Assembly: GCA_977030845.1 (NCBI GenBank)
Contig: OZ365110.1
Span: 19,282,001 to 19,346,000 of the forward strand
DNA: 64,000 bases
Origin: Fimbriosthenelais zetlandica
Taxonomy: Eukaryota
Direction: 5' to 3'
Below, piece by piece: positions 1 through 15,000 of the stretch (the first letter of the stretch is position 1; the number at the start of each line of letters is the position of its first letter). Both the position numbers and the translations under genes were made by a program. Under the pieces are notes generated by a model, which was not told the origin of the DNA, did not search any database, and worked only from the letters and a program-made list of their open reading frames with translations.

Positions 1-3000
1 CAGGAAAGAGGCAGTTGGTGCATGCTGGGTAAGGCAGTACAGTTAGGCAGTCTAAAATGTGCACGTGACTTTAGAAAGATTCCTTGCCTTTTGTTCTCCT
101 GCACCTTGATCCACTCATGAAGGCAGAACAGTTCTTTGGTTGCCAGGCAGTTCTCTCTGGAAAAAAGACATCTCTGTTAAATTTGCATGTTGTATCACGA
201 TGAATTTACACTAAACTTATCCACCAGTAAGCTGTAGGCCTGTTATCAGGTTCAAATTGACTTACCTGCAGAGTGGCTTAGGTGCAGGAATGTCTTTTGA
301 TGTGTCACAATCAGGGAAAGCATAATGACATAGAAGTTTTTCAGCAGGAATCCTACAGAAAGAGTCTAACGTTTCCATCATTTCTTCCATCAAGCCCAGA
401 ATTGTATTCTCCTGTAGGGCCGCTGCATTCGGCAATGACGAGTTGAAATATACGTTCTTCCGACCAAGATACGTACGGCATACGGTACCGTTATAAGGTA
501 TACAATATCCTGCTGGCCTGTCAATTAATAGGGAAAACATTATACATAATCTATACAGTAAGCGCAATGATTCTTTTAGCTGATAAAATACCGTATATGA
601 GGTACAACTTTACTTGGTATATATAGTGAAAGTGATAGGGTTCGCGAACGACTACTACAGAAATTAGGTCTACATAACAATCAAACATAAAATTATGAAT
701 TATGTCATTCATACATGAAAAGCAGTAGAGGCCATTGATAAATAAGATAACAGAGCTTTTTATTAAATGAACATTCTTTATGAAGGACTCACTTTGCGTC
801 ATCTGTTTGTTAACCGAGTACATCACATGAAAGAGAGAAAGAAGAGATTACAGTGGCTTTTATCTGCACAATATAAAATGGCTTTCTAGGGTGGAGGAAG
901 TTTGATTGACACTGATGTAGGTTTATACTATAGTACAGGAATGTCGTTGAGACATTAATCATTCTGCACTTAGTGCTGTTAACATGTCTTTTAATATAGC
1001 TAACATGTTAGGAATGCCTGTGGTGTGGAGCAAATAGATGACTACTCATTGCTTTATCTTGCTTGTGTGTAGGATCGTTGTAATCTAAGACCCTTTTAGT
1101 TCACTGGTATTAATATGAGTAATTTGTTTAGAACATAAATTTCTGTTAAACTACTTGCATGAAAAAATTCATATTTGCGGGGTAGATTAGTTTCATGAAG
1201 TAACCACCAAACCATGGTAGTACTGTATATGAGATCAGCTCTAAATGTTTTTGCCAGGCAAAGGTATGTAACTTTTACCTGTGTAAGGAAAATCTAGAGA
1301 CCACAGGAATGCTCTCTTTCTCAAAAGTCCATTGAGACTCGCACGAGTTTCAGACATCCTACAAGTGAGCATTTTACTCATGAAGGTCCATGATTCAGAC
1401 TATCTTGGCCCGTTATAAACGGACAAGGCTGAGTAATCAAGGTTATCAACAGCAATGTCCGACGAATGTATAATTAGTTTCTGAGAAAACCACAATGGAT
1501 CAAAGGGCGACAAGAATGTGGGAATGACCAAACAAGATCGTTTTCGGTTAGATTTACTTCATACAATCTGTTTTTCTTCAGATGGTAGGACTAGGATAGC
1601 CATCATCTATTTATGAGATATAATGGAGAGGTGTGACTCCTTACTTATCAACATGAAATGTAATTTCTTCTTTGTAGATGACTGGAATGTTGACTCCAAG
1701 AAGATATATTAATACTATAATTGTACATTAAACTCTTCCCCTGCAGGAAGAGGATTATATTATAAATACTTTGTACTACATTGCCTTGGAAATGAATCTG
1801 CAGTGAGTCTGAACTTTGAAGTGCCGCCGCCTGAAACACAGGGCCCCGATTCGCACAAATTTTTAGAGGAGGCTCAGACCTACCGCGAACACTACCGCTT
1901 CATTCTATTGAACTTAAGCTTTCTGTCGGTTGTGCGATGGGGTTTGCTATGTAGTATGCTTTACATTAGTGCAATCTGTTTAGCGGTTATGTTCGCGTAT
2001 AATACAAAAACCTATGATATATATGTAAGAATATATAATGAACGAAATAACTTCACAGGAATTGAAGAGTATAATTATAACTTCCAGGACTGACCATGAT
2101 GTAGTAGAAATTATTATTATATTATAATTTTTGGGACATTTTGCTCATTTGCGTGCTTAACTGTGAACTTGTTCGCGCTCAAGGCAAAAGCTTGCCGCCC
2201 TTCCCCTTTGAAGTGTTCATGAGAAAACATTTATTTTAATATTAACATCATTTAATTTAAATTTAATTTTCCTACGAAATTTCGAAAAAGTTGGTTAAAC
2301 ACAATGTAGTCTATGCTTCACAGATCTTAAATTTATCAATAGAATTATATCACGGACTTTAATTTTTAGTATATCCGCATACTTTACCGCATAAAGCTGA
2401 GCACTAATGTTCGCTATAAGTTTGCGCTCATGTTCATAGCGGGATTATGTAATAATAGGTTTGCACTGCGAAATTGGTAGCGGTGAAATATGCGCTATGT
2501 TTTTACTATAAGTAGCCCTATACTATAAATCAAATTTAATGTTGAATAATACAAAGAATTTCCGTCGCGATATCTTACGTGGGTCCATGTCTAAACTTAT
2601 ATACATATTTGCTCCGATATGTCTAAAGATGTGTGATATATAATTATGACTGGAAATGACCGTAATTTATTATATCTTACGAGTTAAAATATGGTAACAC
2701 CGGACTAGATCTAAGGTTTTTTTTCTTTAGCCACGATGGCTAAAGGACCCAAAATATTTTTAGACACTGAGTTTCTTTTAGACACAGAAAATTTTCATTT
2801 ACAGAGGTCAATATTCATCATTTTGGGGACGTCCATTTAATCAATGATTAACGCAAAAATGGCAATATTAGCCTACTAATTTATATGAATTTAGAAATGG
2901 AATTTCGCCACAGCTAAACCATAAAGCTGCAACCGAACCATAGATAATTGTTCACACCTTGTGAGGTGACTTTTTCCATTCACATGAATAGTGTGAAATC

Positions 3001-6000
3001 TTATAGACTAAGTAGTCTCAAGGCAGTTTGCCCAAGCCTACCCCGCTATTCGTTCACAACTCCCCCTCCAATTGAACAGCTAAGCTTTTTGGGATAGGCT
3101 ACCGGTAGCATCAAGAGAGGCCCCACTTCCGCTGTCCACCATCTTGTCTCCAATTCAAACACGGTAGGTAATTTCATGATCTTATGTTTCTTGATTTTTC
3201 TTCACGCTTTTCCTCAATGCACCTCGAATTATAATACTTCACTATAGTCGAGGTGTTCAAGAATACTGTGTATCATATTTCGTGTCAAATTGTGCAAAGA
3301 CAACGTAGTAATGGAAACATTTTTGTCATGCACAATCATCGGGAATATAATCAAAGATGGCGGACGTAGGCCTAAGCCTACCTGTAGGCAATAAAAATAA
3401 TATTCATTCACTGTCACAGTGTTGGTAACAATACTAACATGTCGGAGGATATGGGCGCAACCACAGTGCACGCCTTTGAATGCAACATTATTTTGGGTAT
3501 AATCCCATAAACCTGGGGATAATCCCATACTGCCATAGACCATTACATGATTATTATTCTTCCTCGCATCAGGTCAGCTACAGGCCGGGAACATGGAGGT
3601 TGCCCTAATTAGAGACCCACTCGACCGTAGCTTATTTTTAACACCTCACCTGGACAGGTGTCCGCCATCTTGTCACCAATGCTAACACCGCTCGCGCCCC
3701 CGCCAAACACATACTAAGAAAACAATCGTATTTATGAAAGCTCCAGGCAAGGTAATTTCCCAAACGCATTTTCATTAAAAAAAATGGTTTAATAATATTT
3801 AATAATTATATTTGCTTTTTCAGGTTAACCACTGCAGTAGGCCACATAATTAATTCTCTTCGCAAACTAGAAGAACTGGGGCAGACTTTATGCACTCAAT
3901 GACGTCACGCAACCCAAGAGTTAAGTATTAATAATAATGTAGATTTGACTGCTGATCTAGTAATTCTTGTCAATGAAGTAATTCTCAGAAATCTTAACCA
4001 GCCCTGACTCCGTACTCTGACTAGGTGGATACTCCATCTACCCTATACGATGAGTGTGAACATGATATTCTTAAACGTGATGTCAGTTCTCACCTTTATA
4101 AATTTTACTTTCAGACATTTATTATTCCGATCGAGAACTAATTAACAACATCTCAGGACCACAACTAGTGGACATCTACTGGTGAATAGTAACTTCAACC
4201 TGCAACATATCACCTCCCCATCCACCGACATCTTTACTTACCATCTCCCAAGAGACATCGCCTATATTCCCGAGAAAAGTATTCAACACTCAAGACTTCC
4301 CAATCTAACAACAAAACACACCATTTTGTGTATTAAGCATTGTGTATTAATTTGTGTGTAAACATATTGTTATATGTTCAACTGAAAACCTAAACTAAAA
4401 CAATTCCTCCCCATCCGCGCTCATTCTCCCCCACCCCCTCCATTAACTTTCCCTTCCTTTTCGGACCCCTGCCTTCCCTGATCTATCCCCCTTTGTCTCT
4501 TCCTGATCTCATCTCCCTCCTCATTCCCCCTCCCCTCCCTCTTTCTTCCGTCTCCCCTCCCTGCTCATTATCTTCCTCTCCTCTCTTCTCCCTCTACCCT
4601 CCCACTTGCTTTCCACCCTGCCGATTTAGGGATTTTATTAGTTTTTTTTGACAAAAACAAAATTCTAGAGGCCCAAATATTCTTAATAATTGAGATCTCC
4701 GCTTTCCTTACATTTTATGTGAATCCGAAACAAAACAAACATGGTATATTTTTTTGTCTAATCGGGAGAAGATTTCCCTCCACCAGCTGGGGTTTAAGAA
4801 ACAAAAAAGCCATTACACATAGGTATGATCGGATAGAACTGTTTCATGACAAAAAAGTAAATATTACATGACATACTCAACTACAGGTTGTATGACTAAA
4901 AACTGACTTGAAATGAAAATGAAAATATTTTTTTAAAAAAACTTTAATTCAGCCGACACATGATTTTCCAGAATATAATCGTAAAAAAACAAAAAAAAAG
5001 TTAGTGCTGACCTACGGCTAAAAAAACATGTTACCCCAAACAAAGGTATTTTTTAATGGATTTATCTTCCTCTCCTCCTTTCCCCAGTCCTTCCTCTCCT
5101 CGTCTCTGATATCCGCTCCTCAGTATCACCCCTGTTTCTCCCGCCCATCCCGCCAACCCACCCCTTCTCTCCCCACCCGCCTCTGTCTCTACCTACAACT
5201 CACTACCCCAAGCTTCCCTCCTCTCCCGCCTTTTTAGGGCTTACTGGAACCCTGGAAATGTAGGCCTAATCTTTTGTAAAATTGTATTCTACAAAAAAGT
5301 ACCTTATTTGAGGTCGCCTATTTTTCGTCTGTTTACTGGGGCCGCCACGAGATGAATTATTGATGAGCATGTTATAATTTCAATCAATGGGACTGAGTTA
5401 ATAATTATTGTCTATTGATACTAAATGATACTGACTGTTATTATTTTTACTGGTATGTTTGTATTATAAACTGATTTGTTATGTATAGCTAATAAAATGT
5501 GTTCTTAACAACTCATTGTCCCTCTTTCTTCAATTTTTAGTGAGCAAAGAAGAGCAGGAGCCTACATTTAGAACTAAATTTAGAACAGTAAAAATAGATC
5601 GGGAATCTAAAAATAGATCTGGTGCTTATGGGGTATACCCTTACCATGTATGTGACCTAATTTACGTCTATAATTAGTCGAATGACGTCAATAAGGATTC
5701 CCTCCCATCGCCTATGAACTGCAAACAATACTGCAGTGACCACTCGCGCTGGTGTTTGCGCTTCACGCTTGACCGCCCAAGCTTTTCTAAGCTTTTCCTA
5801 GCTTGGAAAGCCAACAGTGCATCATATACCGCGAACATGTCTTTGATCAATACCGCAAACTATACCGCTAGCTTTACATGCAAACTCTACCGCGAACATG
5901 TTGGCAGAAAATGTGTATACAAATAAGCACTTTAGTTAGCGGTTGGGAGCGGTAGATATTTGGCGGTGGGAATGCATGACTTGAACCGTTTTTGCGAATT

Positions 6001-9000
6001 GGGGCGGCACAGAGTATGCCTTGAGTACCCACCACCCAACACAGGGTGTGGTTGTATTTGTGAAGGGCTTGTCAGCGGACATTTTTAGGGTCTTTTTTTA
6101 ATTTGTGAGCGTGACAATCGAGATTCTTGTTGTTGTGTCCAAGCATTGCGTTTCTTCAGGAAGCCAGAAAAAAATTACTGTCCAACAAGTTAAGTGCTTC
6201 CATGAGCTACAGCATTTACTTCATGACTAAATAGATGGCAACAATGACATTCAAAAGTACCGTATGCATTAAATTGATCCATTCTATTTATCTTTAGTAC
6301 TTGGAGAAAATAATCACTGGCATCATCATTTGAAACATCATAAACGAAATAAATGAGCAATGCAAGAAATAAGATAAGCTCGGAAGAAATGGACAAATAT
6401 TTACCAAACATGTCCCGGTGTTTTGAACTTTCTCCGTTCATAACACTCAGATATTATAGCCCCCACCCTTCCTTGCATTTTTTTCTTCCTATCTGGCCTC
6501 AACCCCAGCACCATAAACATCCCCCATACGAACCCCCAGCCCGACCAACCTCCTAAAGAAGTCACCTTAACACCAACACATAGAATACTAATGCAGGAAC
6601 CAAATACCACAGACACACATAACCCCACCTAAACACACAGACAGTAGTGCATAGACCAGGCCAAAGCAAAATGCTCTTTAATAATGTTCATTCCATTAAA
6701 AAGTATTTTTTAAAGAAAGAAGTGTGTGCTGCGTGACAAAAATGCGCAAGGCGCTATAGAAGAAAAGATAGAGGAAAACAACTTTGAAGGTTCCTTACTC
6801 CATTCATTGCACTTTTCATGACATGCCTTTTCCTATCATGAAATAGCATACTCTATCAGTCTAAGTATTATCGATTCGTTAAACAATAAGTGAACTTTAT
6901 GAAAGGAAATTGTTCACATCATAAATTAATATATGAAAGTTAGGGTACTTTGGCCTAAGACTCCACTCTAAGAGATTCTAAGTACATAATGTCGAGGTCC
7001 TTCCGGAGCATACTTCCGGTACGTCATTTCCGGCATGTAATAGGCACAGAACATGACAAGAATAAAGGATGGGGTTTATGCTGAAGATATTCTGTAATGT
7101 CCGCTTTCCTTGGAAAAAGCGCACAATGAAAATCTTTGTGCCACTCACTAGCCCGTTAAAAATGATTGTACATGTATAGTATATAATAGGGCCATCCAAC
7201 TGATTTCAAAATGATCGAGCAACATTATTAGGCCTACAATCTGATTACAATCTGATTATAGCCTATACTTCACCATCACTACATCAGCATTGAGAACTTA
7301 CAAGGATCTGAAACATGGGGCAATGGGCCAGGCCATACATAGTCCTGAAATAGGTTTTCAGTTGGTTCTGGTGGAAGGCATTTGGGTGGTAACACTGAGT
7401 GATTGTGCAGTATATTTGTGTATCTAGCTTTAGATATTTGTGTATCTAGCATTAGGTGGATCAGCTGAAGTAGGGGGATAAATAAGCTAGCATACCAGTA
7501 ATAGTGATATAACAGGGATATATCCAGTGGTTTCTATAGTAAGGGTACACCAAAGATGAGACTCTGTTCTTATGGCAGTTTCTGACTTTCTCCCTCCCAT
7601 GCATGATGGGTGTATTCACGAGCAGTTATGGGATCATCGAGGCACTGTTTGTGTAGATTGAGTTGAGTGGTGTATGGGCGGGTAAATATGGGTCAAAAGG
7701 GCATTGTCGTAAAGAAAAGGGTGGGGGCGAGTAAAAATACAAAGGGATTGTATGAGCCCAGCCCATGGGTGGATTTATATGGGGTTGAGGCATGTAGGCC
7801 CTATATATGTATAACGGCATCAAGATGCTGCATTGGGTTGTATCACAAGAGAGCTGCTCACAAATGGGGTGCAGGTTTTATCATCTTGTTTTATTGTGCT
7901 TTTACAAGCTTTGCTCAAGGCGGACTTGTATTGATCTCTATCCCTCATGCAAAGTACCAAACTGGAGGCAAGGAGAAAAGTCATTAATAGCCGATTTGAG
8001 ATAGGATCAATGACGTGAATGAAATGGATCAGCCTTATATAATCCATTCAAACCAACTCAATTACATTGTAAGATAATGCAAAGGAAAACAATCACGGAG
8101 GATGAGGACAATGGTATAGGTATACCATGCATTATTGCATCCTTTATTCCACTGTGCCTCTACATCTTGCTTTCACCAATCAAACGCAGGATCTTCCACC
8201 GTGACATTCAATTGATGGTATAAGACAGAAACATATGGCCCTAAGGCCTTGTCTTCATTCATCAATCTTATTGCTGACTTCTGTAAACACACTAAATAGC
8301 TCATGAAGCCATAGATGCAGTTGGAAAAAAGAGAAGAAAAGTTAGACCACCCGTTAGATTTCGTCCGATAGAAATATAAATCTAATAACGTTGCATGATC
8401 AATCAAATGCTTTTATAATACACCTCCAGACTTTTTTGCCTGAATGTCTCATCTTCAAATACCCCACAGTCTTAATAAGAATGTCATTACATTTTGAATA
8501 ATTCTTCCCAAAATCGAATAAGACGTTTTTGCTTTAAGAAATCCACCAGGAAGCGAGATGTATAGGTCTACTGGGGTTTGAGGAATGTGTGGAAATTTTG
8601 CTAACGTAATATTTACAGGCTTTATGGTACTGACTATGTAGGTAAGTAGACTCTATCAAAACATGGCACACATCTTCTTGAATATTAACCTATTTACCAA
8701 GCAAGGCAAACAAACTGGTGGGAAGGCAAGAACAGCAATATGTCTCCTATACATCTCTTATTCAATGGGACAGGCGGATGGAGAGACAGTAGATCTGCTT
8801 GAGCAGACGGTGATAGGATAATGTGTCAACGATCCCTGAGTGTGATCAAGATACTAAGATTAAGCATGAGGTAATGTTACAGAAATTTACCGGAATTAAT
8901 GCATGTATAATTATCGAGAATCCTGCTAAGGGAGATATGGGTTTGACGGAAATTAGGGGCCAGTACATCTGTCTGGGAAACACTTGTTAGGGCATTTGAC

Positions 9001-12000
9001 AATTTTTAAGACAGAGACTGTCAGACGTACCCTATGAGAGAAAACATTGGAAAATGGTGCGAAATGGGAGAAAAACATTTGACATGATTCAGAGAATCGA
9101 ATAATTATAGCATAAAATAATATAAGGAAACGGACCAGGAAATATATTTTTATGAACAATAACATGTGGTTATCATTGTCAAGATTGGTATTATAATAAT
9201 TGTCATTGTCAAGATTGATATTCTCTTTTTTTAAGAAACATAGCGCTGCCGGAGGATTTCCACTCCCTGTCCTAGGAAGCGTACCATATATATTTATGTA
9301 GATCTCAGACTAAGACAATATTCTAACAATGTACTTCTGTCATACTCTGTTTGCAGCCTATAACTATGTGTTTAAACCTTGCACACCTTTACTTTTTATC
9401 TCAATGTCCTCTTTTACAAATCCCTAATGCATTCAATCCATATTCCACCTGTCCCTTCATTGTCCGTCCCTCTCTACCTCGTCTAGTGATCCTCATAGAA
9501 TAGAATGGACAGGTGGATGAGGGGATTGATGGATGGATAACTTGAAGAATGTGAGATGCACAGAAGAACAGAAAATTGAGACTTTGACGAACCAATGGAT
9601 TGACTAATCAAGCAAATGAAGATGCGGCATTTCATACAAAAATTTATTTTATAGAGCCTTGCCCTTCTGCATTGAGCCTGGAGGAGAATGGTCTTTTCCC
9701 TTCCTCAGGGGATTAGTCTGAATCCCTATAATGTGAGGGGAAACTATATGACCATGCAACTATTACCCAACACATAATATGTCACCTTCATATGTATGTA
9801 AGAGACAGGCAGTCCCGACACAAGTTAAACAAACACGTGGGGGGAAATAGACCCCACGCATACCACCATCACACAAACATGGCTACAGCCCCTCTCCCTG
9901 CCTATCTCTTCCACCCAACCCCATCCCACCCCCATTTCATATTCTAAGCCCCTCCCCTCCCCCACCCAACCTAGAGCCACCCAACCCAGCCCCCATTTCA
10001 CATTCTAACTACCCATCCATACTAGAGCCAACCAATCTCATCAACCCCCACTCCTACCAAGAACCCCCACCCCCGACCTGGCCTGGATGAGAAGATCATA
10101 TTTGTTTGTCACAAATTCTATATATAACCACAGAGGAGAAGCTGAGGAAAACAACTCGGGATGATAGATGGCTTTCTCCGTTTTAAATATTATCACCCCT
10201 GCCTTCCATAATTTCTCTTGCACCAAGATCCAGAACGCAATTAAACATTTCTAGAACAAGAAAAGATATTAATTGTAAATAAAGAATTTGATGTATGTGG
10301 AGTTTTCGAGACACCGCCTATTTTCGCCTTTCATTTATTTAATTTTTTAATTCCAAAATTTCTCATGACTGTAAAATAGTTACTCGTCCTCTAAAGAAAA
10401 CATACGTCACTCAAATGTTTCATGTCAAATCAGGAGACACAGAACAGAAGTTACAATATAAAAGAGCACGTTTGGGAGTGATGACAGAAAAAAACAGGCT
10501 TCAAATTTCAAATATCAAGACATACGATACAGCGTAGCTGAGGTGGGATCAAATTTACATAGAGACAGGTCCGATTTACCTGCAGTCCTTCTCTGTAATT
10601 ATCACGCAGCTGTATTATATGAATAGGAGAAAGCCTTATCTTATTTCCCTTCATAGGAACTGATCAAAGTGCACTGTCTGGGTGACCGAGTGCTTTCCAC
10701 AAAAACAAGACGACAATGGTCAATCCTGTGTCAATCGCATTTTCAATGCCATTGCGTGCGTTGCAGAAAGATCTGCTTTTTTGGCAATATTTGAAAATAT
10801 TTTGGCGACGAGATTCGCCAACGTCAAATAGGATATGGCGATTCGCCATCGCCAAATGATTCTATTTTGGCGATGTGGTTCGCCAAAGCAAAAAAGGATT
10901 TTTTTGTGCAACGCACGCATTTTTCAGATTCTGAAAGTTTGGAATTTGTTTCTGCTCGATGATGCAACTTTCCAATGAAGTAAGTTCCTGGGTTATTGAA
11001 GGATGAAAAAAAATGTGGAGCCAATTGACTATTTAAACGACATGATTTAAGGTTTATCTAAGGCAGTACTATAAGGAAGGCCTGGATATCATATTTTACT
11101 CAGTTTGAAAAGGTAGGTGTGGGTGGGAGTAGGGTCTTCAGATTCAACCCACGCAAGATGCTAATGCTGTAAGCATAAGTCAATGTCCTATTCATGTAAT
11201 AGTACCCTAACTGAGAAGCGTTTAACAATAGTGCCAATATACCCAGCACCAAATATAACTATCAGACCATGACCACCCACTCCACACTTTTAACATGGTA
11301 ATCGCACGGTCTACACTTGATAAAGCCCACCTGAAAACAGGGGTGATATGACACCAGCCCCCGGGGATATGTATTAATGCAATGTCTGGTCCGCGAGGGC
11401 TGCGAAAAACATTCCTCCTGGTGCATATTTTACGACATTAAACTAAATTCATAGTATGAAAGTTTGGAAACTAAACATCGGATATCAGATGTATGAACTA
11501 TGTTTTCTGTGAATAATATTGAAATTTCAAATTTATATAGGCATAATAATGATATTTTTGATATTAATGATATTTTTCCCATTTGAAAATAAAGAAATTA
11601 TTGTAATTTACTTGGTGCGTTCATGTGAGAGGAAAATCAAGTATTGATGATGATAGTGATTTATATATACCAGCATTATCACTGGTTATAATACTAGCCA
11701 TGCATCCAGGTAATCAATAGATCAATAGAGAGTAAGCGTTCCCACCATCCAGGCCATGTACATATAACCCACACTCCCTGGGAAAGGACCAGGCCAGCTG
11801 CGGCTCAAACTATTCATAAAATACCTCAATTATAAACTCATCTCCTGGTGAGGAACACCAGAAGTGTCACCATTGCAGAGTCTGCTATTCACTTTGACTC
11901 TTTGGATTTAGAAACTTTTTACAATCAACGAGAGTAATATACTCTCGTTGTTATAATGCAATGTATGCTGTTTAGTTGTTACATGTAATTGTTCAGATTT

Positions 12001-15000
12001 AAAATTACGAGAAGATTATGGTTTGGTTGTTTCCACCCTACCCTCAAGCAGATGTATAGTCCTTGTTGCCTGGTGACTCAGAAATCAATCTATTAACTTT
12101 ATGTAAAACATATAATCATATTTCATCCTCGGGGGATTTACCACAGTGTGCCTGCCCCGCACAAATCATGTTCTAATTTAGACCTTGTTCTCACCCGCGA
12201 AGTTTCACGTTTTTTTTTTAGAGTATTTTTTTTTTATATCTAAATACCCCTAGATTCATTTCCAAGAATAAGTAACAGCAGTGGTTCCAGTGATGGTCTC
12301 TTTATAACAAACCATCCCATAATTATGCTATTTAAATTTAGATATACCGGCATATCTCTTTCAGTACAATGATAATGACACGTATATATATTTGTATTGT
12401 CACTTTATGGATGTTACTTATACTTACAAGCAAAAATGCCTATTATCCATCTTTATTTTTTGTTTACATACTTTTAGGAGAGTCATAAGGCAGACCTGTA
12501 CTAGAGGGAGCGTTAAGACCATATCAATAACCCCCATCGCTGTGCACCAATACGCCCATCCTACAGACAATTAATTTTCCTTCTCTCGCCCAGGGTAGCC
12601 TGGGCTTAGTCTTGTGTAATAAGATTTACTCCCACACTTTGACAGCCGACACTAATCTTGCACAGGTCCTGGTGCTCATAGGACCCTTCATGGAAATAAA
12701 AGTTCTTATTTTCTATTTTTTAATTCTAGGCAATGTACAGGTCTATAATATTATTACAGCTTCTTAACTTCTTATTTTATTCAATAGACATTGCAACTTT
12801 TGTAATTTTCAAATACCAAATTTCCAAAAAAAAGAATCACTGCATGGCTCAGAGAGGAGAACCAGAGTCAACTAACTCTGTTTAGCTTTTAATGTATAAG
12901 ATGGGGTTAACGTTAGGAACTCCCCCATCACCCCACCCACCTATGTCTCTCATACAAGCCCTTCCATTCCCTTCCCCCTCCCATAATTCCATTCCACTTT
13001 CTAACCATGTCCATAAACCAAACATCAGAATGGGGACATCATGGGGAGGAGGATAGGGAACTGCAACCTGTCTGCTTCACCAGGATTTATTCAAAAGCTT
13101 TGCACTGGGGTAAAATCTGAATCTTGTTATCCCAAACAAGCTAATCCACCAATAACAAAATGTCATCATGATTTGAAAAAATCAAAATCAATATTTCCTT
13201 TTAAAAAAAATTAAAAAGGTGTGATATAGCAATGACATTATTTCAACTGGCAATGAGTGACAACTTTGATCCATACCAGTATTTTTTCAATTTATAAGCT
13301 CTCCATCTCTGGTGAAAAGTCACAGACAAGACTACATCGTCACAGGTAATACCTGCGATTCCTTGGAAGCGGTAAGAGGAGACATACCAAGCATGTGTGT
13401 ATAATTATCGTCAATATCCATCAAGGCGTGAAATACCAAAACACATGGTGGTCGATGTGCCAAGGCTCGGGCCCATATAGTCACCCACCAAACAGGATAT
13501 ACACAAAACAAACAGATCATTTGGTCACCGTAAAGGCAATCTTCCTTTAAAAAAACAAAATACTGATGATTTGTTGGCCTGTTCCCAAAGAGGTTGTTGA
13601 GAAGGAACTCACTCTAATGGATTGGGGGCTAAATCTTCCAGGGTGTATTAATGTTAAGCCTTGGGCTTGGTATGTATTATAATATGGAGTGAAATATGGA
13701 CCTGCTGTGTGAGTAGGCATACCTTTCTAATGTCCCTCATCTTACTGATCAACTGCATTGATAAAACCACTCAGGCTGTATACTCCATGAGAATTCTAGA
13801 ACCACTAGTGCAGCACATCAAAGACCTCCCATACTGAGCCTATAGGAGCTACACACGGTGCAATACAAAGTGGCACAGAGTATAGGCCGAAACAAGACTT
13901 AGTGCAGTGGTCCCGAGGATTTTTCTTTTTGTAAAGCAAATTATATAGCCGAAAAACAGGCTTTTGATATGCTGTTCCGAACATATTTTGGCATAGTAGG
14001 GGACGGATCCAGGATTTTATTACTAAAATCACATAAAAATTGGGGAAGATCATTGGGGTGAGCCGCAATCCAAACCCGGATCCGCAATGGGACTGGGAGT
14101 ATCTTAAGATCAATGACTTGGCAGATTAAAGGACAATGCAAAATGCTAAAATTAAACCTGCTTGTCCTAATGGATAAGTATGCATTTAAAAGTTACTTTG
14201 TGATGATTCATCAGAAAGATTAAGTCAAGATAATACTGACCTATTAGGCGAATGATGGCTTTTTGTCTTCGTACAGTCACCCCGCCTACATGTTTGTTCT
14301 CGGCTATACATTCGTAATCCGCTGATTCTGTCACATTGATCACTAGCTGGGCGCTGGTATAAACCATCTTGGTATCCGGGTTAATTAACTAGAAAAAAAG
14401 AATAAGTGAATTCCTTCACATTTCACAAGCAGACAAGCATCTAACTTCCCTCCAGCTAGAAATGGCTTTTAACATTACTATGCGATGGTTTCAGGGACAC
14501 GAGTAGCCTATCTAATGATTTTTATCAAATGTAAAAGACATTATATAATTAATTTTAGACATTGTAAACAGCTCACCTAGCACCGACAATTAGAGAAAAC
14601 TCGATAGTAGCATAATTATATCACCGATTTGTAAAATTTTAGATAGAGGATTTGTATCAATATTTACGATTACTATTCTTTCTCTTTCAAAATTAATCAG
14701 GTGAAAAAATATGAATAGAATAGGGTTTATGTGTGAAATGGCTTGTTGATCCATGTTTCGTGACTTACTGGGATGTTGTTTTTCGTCCAGGAAACTTGAG
14801 GTACTGGGATACCGACAGCTGAACACTTGAGATGGATCAGAGTGCCCCAAGAAACGCGGCGGTTTGTCGGTCCGTCCACTATCTCTGCCGGGGCTGAAAA
14901 AGGAAAAAGACTTAAACATAAGTGTCTATACCGGTACATCTTTTCTAGATGTACAATCTACGTATAGGAAAAACAAGATTTTTTATAAAAAATATAAGAC

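Noticed and set aside
3133-3680. Repeated GTCC(A/G)CCATCTTGTC(T/A)CCAAT motif (YY1-like) at about 3133 and 3660
   Set aside because: Only two short copies with no defined boundaries; most likely fragments of a dispersed repeat.
7626-8406. Cluster of 65-106 aa ORFs in MuSK intron (possible retroelement remnant)
   Set aside because: No reverse transcriptase, endonuclease or transposase motifs recognised.
10580-10592. Alternative 13-nt phase 1 to 2 microexon for MuSK (E-K-D-C-R)
   Set aside because: It also restores frame, but has a poor pyrimidine tract, a weaker donor (GTAAAT) and would add an unpaired Cys; 793-802 is the better candidate.
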